This document shows positions 37,142-48,666 of a DNA stretch of 64,000 bases, piece after piece. Numbering within the stretch: position 1 is the first letter of the stretch; each line of letters opens with the position of its first letter. Origin of the DNA: Schmidtea polychroa (Eukaryota); assembly GCA_044892525.1 (NCBI GenBank), contig CM097887.1:11346001-11410000 (forward strand), in the 5' to 3' direction. The notes under the pieces were generated by a model. It was not told where the DNA came from. It saw only the letters and a program-made list of their open reading frames with translations, and did not search any database. The translations under genes and the position numbers were made by a program.

Positions 37142-37891
37142 TCATTTTCCCCACTCGGTATCTCGTAATAAATCATCGATGTCGAAGAATTCAGAAGCGT
37201 TTTCTTCCGATACTACGCCTGCGGCTGATATAATTCGCGCGGGGACCCCAATGGTCAAGTCGATCACCGCGGAACTGGTGTTTTGATTGGTCGGATTTTC
37301 CGCAGAGGCCTTGCTCTGACTACCTAGATTGCGTTCGCGCTGTCTCTTTTTGCGCTCCGCACGTGACAGTTGTTTGCGCTTAGGCTTGTTCGGAGCGGCA
37401 GTTTGTTGAAGCGTAGTTGAGGTGGACGTACTAGGGGTTAACGCCTTGCTAGTACCCCTGATGATAATATCTGGCTGCTTGGGCGACAGTTCTGCTTCGA
37501 CGCAACCTTGACAAGACCTTTTGAGCGGTGGAGACAGATTCGAGGAAGTATTATGATGAGGAGGGAAGATATTGTCGGCTTCTTTGATTGGGATCTGTAC
37601 GATCTTCCGTGTTGTGGCTGCTTGCACGTAGACTTTGTGCAGCGCTTCTGCCTGTTCTTTAATAAGACTTCTTTGGGCACGGCTCTCAGATATTAGTGCG
37701 TCCCGGCAATGCTCGCTACGATGGAGCTTCTTTTGGGTCTCCTTCATTTGAACGGGGGTGAACCAAGTGCCCTCCAACTCATCTATCTTCTTTTTGTATC
37801 GCCCGATTTGGGTTTGTAGATCTTTGATAATGGCGTTTTTATCCGCGCATGAGAAGCACGGACGTAATGCTGATGTAGTGGCTGGTATCAT
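37142..37891 (-). CDS. Unit B ORF, 249-aa paralog of 26117-26878
   Basis: LRPCFSCADKNA..EGTWF.P.QMKE..EHCRD.L..ESR.QR..IK.Q.EALHK.Y is shared, as are the basic patch and the DIDDLL tail. Intact frame. Confidence 0.8.
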   Translation of the reverse strand: MIPATTSALRPCFSCADKNAIIKDLQTQIGRYKKKIDELEGTWFTPVQMKETQKKLHRSEHCRDALISESRAQRSLIKEQAEALHKVYVQAATTRKIVQIPIKEADNIFPPHHNTSSNLSPPLKRSCQGCVEAELSPKQPDIIIRGTSKALTPSTSTSTTLQQTAAPNKPKRKQLSRAERKKRQRERNLGSQSKASAENPTNQNTSSAVIDLTIGVPARIISAAGVVSEENASEFFDIDDLLRDTEWGK

Positions 37892-40739
37892 GCTTGTTAT
37901 AAAGAATACTAATGAAATGTAGAATATACTATTTTCGAAACAAATTAGATACGACCCACGGCCATTCGTGGATGCTCGGCCGATGAAAAGAAGAGAAAAC
38001 TTATTCTACAATCCGGTTTTACTACAGATCTTATTTACTAAAACGGCTTATTTAACCAAATGCTATCGACTTGGCAAATGCTATTGCCTTCGATTCTCTA
38101 CTGATCTAACTGTATACATGAGGGATGTAGTAGTTAATAGTATTATAAGTATAATATTGACAAGGTAATGTAATAACGCTTTAGTAAAGGGAACATTATA
38201 GTATTCAATCAAAAAATTTTATAGGTTCTCTATTTTAATTTATCAAAAACAAATTACGGGTATTTCGCTAAACTAATTAGTGTGGAACTATCGCTATCCC
38301 TCAACATATTTTAATTCAAAATTCATTATTGGAAGTACTTTATTGATTCAACAGTTAATTTGGTTATCTGTGCTGTCTACTATTTATCTGGGAGAACGTC
38401 TGAAAGTTTTTCACATGTGCGTGAGGATTCCACATCAGCTGTTGCCTTAACACCCTAATTTACATTATTTCGTAGAGATGGGAAATCTCACCGGTCACGA
38501 CATATGTCTAAATTTACTGCTACTGATGTTGACTAGTTGATTTTCCCTAAAAATTGTTAAATCGCTTACGAAAACTTAGCAAGTTATATATTTAATTATT
38601 TTTTTAAAAAAAAAAGAAACTAATTCAATAGTAAAATTTGATACACTTCCACCTTTAATTCATTATATTTAATTATTTATTTGCAAAACACCGAGTTTAG
38701 GAATTTCAACAGTTGGGCTTAAGAACGTACAATCGCGCAATAGCGGTTATCATGACTCGGTATTCATTTTCTCTGTGGCCGATGATTCTTATCTAATCAT
38801 TGGAAACTACTGGCTGCGTGTTGGCAAGAAGTTCTCATGTCAATCGGTAATTGTGAACTCGCTTATTGCTGAGTCTAATCGCAGAAAAAACAAATGGGTG
38901 ACACATGGAAAATTTTCTCATCTGATTACGTTAGTAGTGACGACATTATCGCAAATGGGTGTATACCGATGGATTCATTCCGGGTCTTGTGATCGGTGTG
39001 TGCCGGTGAGTGTAGTTACTCCACTAAATTCTAATCCGATTAGTATTTTTGATTGAAATTCCTGATGTTGAATTCACTGAGTTGATCTTAGCCAATATGA
39101 AAAGTTTAGTTGTCAATCCCATCTCGTCGTTATTGTTGGATATACTACTTTTGTGGATATTTTATTAAATCATTCGGAATGCCTTCTCTAATCTCGACTC
39201 GTTGATGACGATTATTTTGGGAATTTAGCAGGTGAATTTTCATGCACTGGCCTACGTATAGGCCGTTCGGGGGTAGTTTTTATTTTATGTAATAATAACC
39301 AAAATATAAATTTTATATGTGTTGACTTGTCTTCAATTGAAATCTTTGATTATAATCTACCACATGAATCTCCTACTGTCAGAATCGGTGTTCCAAAAAT
39401 GAAGTTGCTTGTGTAACTGATGGTGAATGGTCGTTTTGAAAAGAGGAAACAATTTGGCGATATACGAGGTTTACCCTACTGACGGAATTAAAGTATTTCA
39501 AATCGGTGGCCGAAGATAAAGAATTTTCGCATGCGAGTGTTGTAAAATCGTTGTTAATACGAAGGTGATAGACCCGCTCAGTCACTGTGAACTACTACCC
39601 TTATTCCAATAAATCAGATATCACTACACTCCTTCGGTTCTACTTTCCCATTTTTTATTCTAAGTCACCTTCAGCGATTGGACCCGTGAAGAAGCCTTCA
39701 CATTTCGGCCCAATCTAGCTGCGTGATTGAAATACTCCATGTCCACCGGCTGAGCTCCCGAAGGCACCTCATACCATGAAATGGAGTATCTCAACTCCAC
39801 GTTACTCATCAAATGAAAATTCATAAACTCTCTAATTCAAATAATAACACATAGACATCTGGATAAAAATTATTTATTGGTTCTATAATACTTAAACATG
39901 CAAATTTCATTAAAACATTAAAAATTACTAAATATGGAATCAAATGAAGAGAGTTAACTAAGATGTTTAATCGCTAATATTTAACATTACTATTGACTTT
40001 GAAAGTACTTAAATAAATCGATAAACAAATGAAATACTCCTTACTATTGTTTAGGCTGAGTCAAAATTCAATGTTGTTCGTTCCAAATAAGTCTAATAGT
40101 GGTCCGTCGAATGTGGATTATGGTGATGAATAGTATTTCAGTCCCTGAACTGGTTTCGAATAGTTGTGAAGTTTTCTAAATAAAGGTTGCTTGGCTAGTA
40201 GTGCTTTTCCTTGAAATAGAATTCCGTGAATAGTGAATGTCTATAAAATGCTCGGGGTTAACAGTAAACTTTAAACATTCTCTCTTACCTATAAAATGCT
40301 CGGAGTTAACAGTAAATTTAATGATTTTGGTGGTTGTATATATAGCAAATTCTTATTTGTGCGGACCAATCAGAGTTGAGTACCGCTTATTTCTATTAAT
40401 TTAATATAATTTTCTTGTTTTTAGGTTGTTTTTCCTTATTTTCTTTATTTTTAATGTTTTTCTATTTATTTCCTTAATTTCCTTATTATTTCTTAAATTC
40501 CTCCTTATTTATTTGTCAACTTGTTGTTCTATTTTAATCTTTTCTTAATTTTATTTTTTTTTTTAATTCTTATGTCTTAATTATTATTTTCCTTATATCT
40601 TATTCTATTTTATCTCTGATTTCATTTATTTTATTTTTATTTTCCTTAATGTTCTACTTTCTTACTTTCTTATTTTTCAACGATTAAATTTTCGACTCAG
40701 CCCAACATTATTATTATTATTATTTATTATTATTATTAT

Positions 40740-40872
40740 TGTTTCGACCAGTGAGATGGGGAATGTCACTCACCTCTGACTGGTAGTTTGTTCGACGTTT
40801 CCTTTTGTTTCGCGTCTATGTGAATGGATCGAATATTGTTGGGGTGCGCACACAGACGCGAGAAGTAGGTTT
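40740..40872 (-). repeat. Terminal module copy 3, followed on the minus strand by an (AAT)n tail (about 40707-40740)
   Basis: Same motifs as copies 1 and 2. It abuts the 5' end of unit B. Confidence 0.88.
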
Positions 40873-42039
40873 AATTGTTTTGTTTTTTGATGAAATTGAG
40901 ATTTATTTGTAGAGAAATTATGATTTCGTTTGTCTGAATAAAATAATTGGAATTGTGTTCTGAAACTTGTAAATTTTCGAATTGTTTTCTGGAATTGTGA
41001 ATGCTTTATAATTATAATTGTTTATCTGTCATTCGAAACCGGAACGTCATTTTAAAAAGGCAGTGCGGAAAATTCGTCAGTATCAAAATATATTACTGAT
41101 TTATAGTCTTTTAAACTCTTTTTAATAAATTCAATTGAAAAAATAATCAGTGGTGAAATTNNNNNNNNNNNNNNNNNNNNNNNNNNNNNNNNNNNNNNNN
41201 NNNNNNNNNNNNNNNNNNNNNNNNNNNNNNNNNNNNNNNNNNNNNNNNNNNNNNNNNNNNNNNNNNNNNNNNNNNNNNNNNNNNNNNNNNNNNNNNNNNN
41301 NNNNNNNNNNNNNNNNNNNNNNNNNNNNNNNNNNNNNNNNNNNNNNNNNNNNNNNNNNNNNNNNNNNNNNNNNNNNNNNNNNNNNNNNNNNNNNNNNNNN
41401 NNNNNNNNNNNNNNNNNNNNNNNNNNNNNNNNNNNNNNNNNNNNNNNNNNNNNNNNNNNNNNNNNNNNNNNNNNNNNNNNNNNNNNNNNNNNNNNNNNNN
41501 NNNNNNNNNNNNNNNNNNNNNNNNNNNNNNNNNNNNNNNNNNNNNNNNNNNNNNNNNNNNNNNNNNNNNNNNNNNNNNNNNNNNNNNNNNNNNNNNNNNN
41601 NNNNNNNNNNNNNNNNNNNNNNNNNNNNNNNNNNNNNNNNNNNNNNNNNNNNNNNNNNNNNNNNNNNNNNNNNNNNNNNNNNNNNNNNNNNNNNNNNNNN
41701 NNNNNNNNNNNNNNNNNNNNNNNNNNNNNNNNNNNNNNNNNNNNNNNNNNNNNNNNNNNNNNNNNNNNNNNNNNNNNNNNNNNNNNNNNNNNNNNNNNNN
41801 NNNNNNNNNNNNNNNNNNNNNNNNNNNNNNNNNNNNNNNNNNNNNNNNNNNNNNNNNNNNNNNNNNNAATACGCAAACTATCAATCATAAAATTTGTCAA
41901 AATTTCAACAAGCCCTTGAAAATTAACTTGTAAAATTTTTATAAAAATTGTTATTATCAAATAAATGTGCATAAATAATAATACTTAGGATAATTTACAA
42001 CTGATTTTATAGTTTTTATTTGATAACTTTATAGTGAAT

Positions 42040-42330
42040 TAATTTATGGCTTAAATTAGCAATCAATGTAAAATTTGCATCTAAACGTACTATTAATAGC
42101 GAAAGATTTTCAATTAGAACTACCAACGATGTGGTCGATAAAAATTAAACTTTACAGTATTAAAAGATGCAATTCGATACTTTTGCAGTTTAACCGAACC
42201 ATTTTAAAATATATCAAATAAATAAATATATGTAATACTTACATAACCTTTGGAACTACCAACCCAGTTGAGAACATGTGGATAAAGATAAAACTATTAT
42301 ACAAATCTAGATTATAAACTCAAAAAATGT
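42040..42330 (+). mobile_element. Tc1/IS630-type transposase relic
   Basis: TNPVENMW.KIK resembles the (D)LNPIEN.W catalytic motif; the rest is decayed. Confidence 0.35.
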
Positions 42331-43399
42331 TATTTCTGTAAAGACAAAAATATTGCAGATCATTTTCCCGATTCCTTGATTGTGTTAAAGTTTTTCATTT
42401 ATATCAATTATTTATACCAAATATTTATTAATATAGTATAACAAGGGTGGATATTTTCAATGATTTCAGTGATAGATTACGAGATCGATATAAAGAACTT
42501 ATTGCGCTTCAAATACTCAATTAAATTTTGGTTTATAAATTTAATATAAAACAATATTACATAATTTTAATATAAAATGTACTAACTTGAATTACATGTC
42601 ATGCAAAAACATAACTAGATTCATTTCCTATTCATTTTCCTATTCAATTACTATGTCATCCACTTCTACAATATAAAAAATAAATTATGAAATATTTAAC
42701 ATACAATAAAAATTGTATTAAATAATTAATAAATTTTTCATTTTTAACATTTACTTAACAAAGAACTCTCTAAATAAAATTTCAAATGTGATTAAAACAA
42801 ATAAATTTAATAATTGTAAATAATATAATAAACATTTAATATATATTATTCTAATTAATATTTTTTTATAACCTTCGTAAATCTATATTTTTTTTAAATG
42901 AATAATTTACAGTAGTTATTGAAATAATGAGAAAATACAATATAATCTTAAAAGTTTGGAAAAATAGTTGAGATTAAATGACATCAATTATAAATTGCAC
43001 AAAATTTCTAAAAACAATATTGTTAGATGAAGAATACTTAAATATTCTGTTTCCAATGAAATCTAACCATGATATTTATAAATTCTAATGTGAGACATGT
43101 CTCTTATAAACGTTGGTACTGTGTTATATATAATCATAAACTAGGGTAAGTATGAGGAGTTTTACTCCTGCAACTGCTAGGGCTTTACATCCAATACTGG
43201 TTCTTGTCCAAATTAAAATTAATAATAATGAAAATTTGAAAAAATCAATGTTTAACTGGAGCCTGTACGTGCAACTCTGAGAGCTAGATTAATTACTTTA
43301 TGCGGCTCCCTAAATACTGAAAAAAACTTTGAAATTGTACGTTTTCTTTATCGCAAATTTATTCTGTTAAAATAAAATAAAATATTTAATTCAAAATAT

Positions 43400-44030
43400 C
43401 TAACAATAAAAATGGAATGTAAAAATGGCGCAATCTTTTTTTTGGCGTTATAAAAAAGAAAAATTTGACATTATTGTTGGCGTTTGGCAGCTTTCTTAGC
43501 CCTTTTACTTGGCATTTCTGGGCGAACGCTTCATGTGTTGTAGGCCGTTGTAGAATTTCATTGGCCGGAGAACTTGACACATAAAGATTGATCAATGGTG
43601 ATGACTGCCGGACACTTGACGAAGGTATAGGTGTAGCGTGAACAGATGAGGTTACCAGTATGGAACATCTGCTACAGCAGAAGGCCGTTTGAAAGTGTCA
43701 CTGCAAGAAAAATGATGAACTGGGATGGGATTTGTCAGTTTTGCTGATGAAAGCCCATGAATTCGATGCGCCAATTCTTGTTGGATATATACCTGATAGA
43801 ATGTTTGAGATTGCTATTGTATCAGCGTGCCTTAGGCACGACTTTCTTCGATTAGATTATCCCTGTAGTGCTCCAGGCGGAGCACTTTCTGGGTTGATTC
43901 TTTCATGGTGTACCATGTTCCTTTCATTCTGTCGATTTTCGCATTCAATAATCAGTTGAGTTCGGTTGAGCATGTTCTTGTCTGAATATGAGAAGCTGGG
44001 TCGGATTTCAGTTCGGTCTGAGTTATTTTC
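43400..44030 (-). pseudogene. Unit C ORF, third (disrupted) paralog of the coiled-coil ORF
   Basis: EIRPSFSYSDKN; after a frameshift, KIDRMKGTWYTMKESTQKVLRLEHYRDNLIEESRA*..QSQTFYQVY; basic PSKRAKKAAKRQ. A degenerate copy of the RNA motif (AGUACCAACGU) lies at about 43090-43200. Confidence 0.8.
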
Positions 44031-45739
44031 TGTATTGGTAAAAAGGAAATATATAAACAATGGAGACAGCATTTAAAGATAACCATGACTTTATACTGAT
44101 AATACTTTCAGGGTTATCATGAAGAGTTTAGGTGAAAGATTTCGGTATGGACTGGTCAGCTTTAGGAATGATGACGACTCTAGACAAAAATTAGTATGAT
44201 TATTATAATAAGAACGCAAATACTCATATTTGTGATATGATCAAAACAACATTTGAGGTTGATGGTGTTCCTAATAATAATGATAACAGTAATTAACTAA
44301 TAATCTTAACATCAGTCATCACTTTGAAAGTCGCACTGGAAGAAAACATATATTCTTAATTACAATCGCAATAATACTATTAATTGCAATTGTATCAATA
44401 GTCTTGATCAAGATGATTAATGGAAATAATAATAAAAATCGTATACATTGTCATTGTTATACTAGTGCTAAGAGGTGCATTCACGTGAGTAATAATAATG
44501 AAAAAGTTAGTTATAATAATAATAATAATGCTAATACTAACTACTCAGGTTAATCGATCATATACAGGTTTTTCAAAATATGTCAACTGCTCGAGTCAGA
44601 GCCGATTTGGGTTTTCTGAAGGTTTCATTTTTAGGTATTTCATTTGACTGCTATAGGGGCTACCCTCCCGATAGTTACATCATCGGGTTCGGGGTGAAAA
44701 CCTCTTTCTAACACTCTCAAGATCTCGATATTTATCCGAGGGAATGGAACGCTATTTATCCATTTATGTGAGAAATATCCATATGGTTTTTCTGACACTT
44801 ATATGTATACTGGAACCCTTTAAAATGGATCTTATAAGATTTATTGCGATTATCATGAAGTATGTCTGATTAGTCGATTTACCTGGCGAATTGCTAGTTT
44901 CGATTTCTTAAGGGAATTTAAGATTTTTGGAAAATAATTATCGGTTGAGGCTTTCTCGCTTTACTGAGTGAATCATAAAATGTTATATAAAATCAACATG
45001 TCCCTGACTTTAGGTTGGATTAGTTGACCTAATTTAATGTGTATGGTCCTAGATACTAGTGAGGGTCATTTCAGCTTCTGTGGAGACTCTTTCCATCCAC
45101 TACTGTTCAGGTTTTGTTTACTCCATGATGCATTGAATGAATAGAATTTAGTATTTTACTAGTCAGAAATGACTTCTAAATGACTCAAAAATGACCTCTA
45201 TGAGAACTTCGCTACGTTCATCTACTGGTGACTTGAAAACTTTTCGCATCATCAAGGAGAGAAACATCCAGTGTTTCCCCACCCGATGATGCAAGATGCC
45301 TCCATCCTATATATCTATAAAAATCAAACACAACAATATATAAAAGAATTTTAAGTGACCTTTTAAAAATTTAATCAAACAAATATCATATGAAAATTAT
45401 ACACTTTTCTAAATGAGGGAGAACGAACGAGGCTTAGATTAATAAATTATAATTATAACAAATGATTAAAAAGCATATAAAATCATCGATACATAAATTT
45501 AAACTAAAAATTTGCCTATAGCGAGATTTGAAATTGTAATAAAAAAGTTCCCAATATGAAATTCTAATGAATAAAGATGACAAATTTTAGAAGTTGCTTC
45601 TTGATAATTCGTTCTTTCAATTCACTCTAAGATATTGCATTGATCTTCAATAAACTGCAAAAGGTTCTTTCAAAGCTGACTCGATTTTGTAATCCACACT
45701 TGCAGCCAGAATAATAATTTTCACTAAATAAATACAAAA

Positions 45740-46050
45740 TTATACAACTTTGCGTAATACAACTTGATACAACCTTATGCAATACAGTTTGATACAACCT
45801 TATGCAATACAACTTGATACAACCTTATGCAATACAACTTGATACAACCTTATGCAATAAAGTTTGATACAACCTTATGCAATACAGTTTGATACAACCT
45901 TATGTAACATAATTTTATATAGAATTACGTAATATGGTATGGTACAATCTTATGTATTACAACTTGATACAACCTTATGCAATACAACTTGATAAAACCT
46001 TATGTAACACAATTTGATATAAAATTACGTAATACAATTTGGTACAATGT
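45740..46050. repeat. 25-bp minisatellite (TTGATACAACCTTATGCAATACAAC)n
   Basis: Period 25 read directly (45791, 45816, 45841...). Confidence 0.93.
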
Positions 46051-46274
46051 AGAATAAATCTAATTATTATTAATTTTAAATAGAATTGTAAATTTGATAG
46101 TCTGCAGCACTTGCATATATCTGTCATTATAACTTAACAGATGGTGCTGGATCTATCTCGTGTCTTCACTTCAGTTAGATTAATTTATTTGTCTGTATCC
46201 CAAACACCCGGTTAATAATAAAACACCTTGCTTCTTGTATTGTTGTTTTCAATAAAATTTAATGATAAATCTAA

Positions 46275-46305
46275 AGGTTCGGGATTCGAATCCCACTCTG
46301 AGACA
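46275..46305 (+). other. tRNA-derived (B-box / T-arm) fragment, possible SINE remnant
   Basis: GGTTCGGGATTCGAATCCCACTCTGAGACA resembles a tRNA 3' half. No complete cloverleaf seen. Confidence 0.3.
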
Positions 46306-46716
46306 AGTTAAGTGTCCTTCTACCAGGCTTAAATGCCGCTAAATAAATTCCCCAATGTTAACTATCCTGTAACACGTGTACAAAAATTCGCACAATTTCA
46401 AAGGTTTTGCGCACAGAGAATTAGTATCGCACAAGACAAACGAACAATTAGAAGGTACATTCTCCCTTATCTTTATAATCATGCTGAACTAAAATACCAA
46501 CATGACTACGAAGGAAAACAGTTAAGAGTATATCTTCAGAGATAAGAATCATTTGAAATATTTTATGGACTGACTACTGAAAATACAATAACATTATCCT
46601 AGATCCCAAACAAAACATTTGAATTTATATTAAATATACATTTTAAAAAAATCAAAAATTTAAACGAATCAAAGTTTGATGACTTTATTACTAAAACAGC
46701 ATTTTAAATTGAGTCT

Positions 46717-47073
46717 TCATTTCGAGGGGTTATAATTCGATGACGTAAACGCTGGCTTTTTGTTCTGACAGTTCTTGTCGTAAGCAAAATTTGGGCGAAA
46801 TTTGTCTGCGATAATTGGATAAATGGGCATTATTTGTTTTTCTAAATTTCTATCTCTTTTTAATGTCATGCCATCTGAAAAATATAATGACGGAGGGTAG
46901 CATCTACATGCCCATGGTCTTGATTGTCTTGAAGCTTCTAGTTGCATTTGCATTTCTCGTTGTACTCGCATATCTTCTCTGCACCGACTTTCAGACTCTA
47001 CGCAGACTGGGGGACCCATATTTGGATCATAGCATTGGCATCCTAGATATCTCGCCATTAAATTGGAATTCAA
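46717..47073 (-). CDS. Orphan hypothetical protein (~113-118 aa, two CxC motifs)
   Basis: Uninterrupted ORF with protein-like composition (MARYLGCQCYDP...WACRCYPP) in otherwise AT-rich DNA. No family recognised. Confidence 0.5.
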   Translation of the reverse strand: MNSNLMARYLGCQCYDPNMGPPVCVESESRCREDMRVQREMQMQLEASRQSRPWACRCYPPSLYFSDGMTLKRDRNLEKQIMPIYPIIADKFRPNFAYDKNCQNKKPAFTSSNYNPSK

Positions 47074-48666
47074 ATTTGAAAATTTATTGAATATTTTATT
47101 ACTATTTGATTTTTTTAATTCTATGGTTAATAACTACAATTACAAATTTAAAATGTTAAAAATACACACATTGTACTTTTAATTCAAAATCTTGATTTTA
47201 CTGTAAATTTTTTATCCGCAAGTATTGGAACAAATTTATAAATTATAAAATTTTAAATAAAAACATTTTATTGCGGACTGTATTTTTCAACAAATGTTTT
47301 GCCTAGGTTAGATGTGAAACAAAGACGGCCCCCGGATCAGATCCGACTTGCCACACAAACATAGTAACAATACAATTTTCAATGGGATATTTTGACGTCA
47401 AAATATCTTTCTTGAATTGAGCTTCATCATCTAAGTAGCTATCAATCTGACTAAGACCACAGAAAAGATAGGGTAAGATTTGTCAACGGTTTTTACGCAA
47501 TATAGACCTATTAAATATTGAAGAATAAGCCTGTGGCTTATAGAGATGGAAACATATATTTCCAAGTCATTTTTCATTTATAGCAGCATGCAATCTTTTA
47601 AAACTGTTGAAGTTACAAATTACTGGCTGTTAGTTAGACATATTTGAGGAAAATGTTTAAAAAAATCAAAGAATGACAATTAATTCGTTCCCTGTGTAAA
47701 ATGTAAAATTGTAAACAAAGCAATTAAAATACAACATTTAATAAAATTCAAAAAATATTTTTTTGGAATTCTAATTATTAAAATATCATAGCTACTGACT
47801 TCTCGTGCTCTTTAAATTCATAATATAGAAGGACTCTTGTCATAAATAGATATTCAATTATTATTACAAACTATAGACAAAATTGCATTTAGTTACCAAT
47901 TTCTTAAGTTTGAATCTCCGTTTATACGCCTAGAAGTCGTGTAGTTAATGACTTCTTACCATTCGCCGACAGAATTACTTTGGTTTTTAACAAAAATAAT
48001 TCAAATAATAATAATAACACTTTTCTGAACCCCTGGGACATTTATTTTCAAGTACAATCGATAAAGTTCATCTTTGGAAAGTAGTGTAACTTATACTTGT
48101 ATCAAACATTTTCTCTAATATGCAACTGCAAAAACAGGCTGAAATTTAGTTTTGTTTTCTTTCATCACATCCATACATGGAAGAATACCACAGCTTTTGT
48201 TCTCGGCTGAGATCAGAAAATCCTATTCGGTTCACCTTTCCTCTTCAGCCTCATACTTTAGATGTATACGTGATTCAATTGCATATTCTGATTATCTTTT
48301 TTTAAATAAAAAGCAGACACAATTTTAAAAAGCAAAAATAGACGTGTAAACGTCAATGTAAATGACAACATTGCTAATGTTTGGATAATCTTTTTAAATT
48401 TGCTAAAATTTAATATTTTCTAATTTTGTTGGTATATATATAACTCTTGGGCATTTACATTTCAAAATTTTAAATATTTTTCGTTTTTAATACATTTTCT
48501 TGAAAATTTTATTCAAATATTGGTTAAGCAAAAGATTTACTTTCACTGAAAAATCTTTTACCTAATTTACATCTATTTAAACATTTTGTTTTAAAACTTC
48601 AATCATGTTATGCTAAATAAATGTACATGAATAAATTTGAAATTTTTATATTTTAAAATACATAAA

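Larger units (their letters stand above)
36650..40710 (-). mobile_element. Unit B of the unnamed element family
   Basis: Same order as unit A: A-rich tract (40400-40690), CCAAT at about 40367 with duplicated CTATAAAATGCTCGG.GTTAACAGTAAA, decayed region, intact ORF 37142-37891, structured RNA 36757-36858, then the gap. Confidence 0.72.

Noticed and set aside
25284-40872. Canonical hammerhead ribozyme in the terminal module
   Set aside because: CGAAAC and a stem are present, but no CUGANGA precedes the stem in any of the three copies.
41052-41972. 245-306-aa ORFs across the third gap
   Set aside because: Artefacts of Ns.
46333-46545. 70-aa plus-strand ORF
   Set aside because: No recognisable motif, and the continuation is full of stops.
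47300-48320. Possible hAT transposase relic on the minus strand
   Set aside because: Only vague similarity; no motif could be aligned with confidence.
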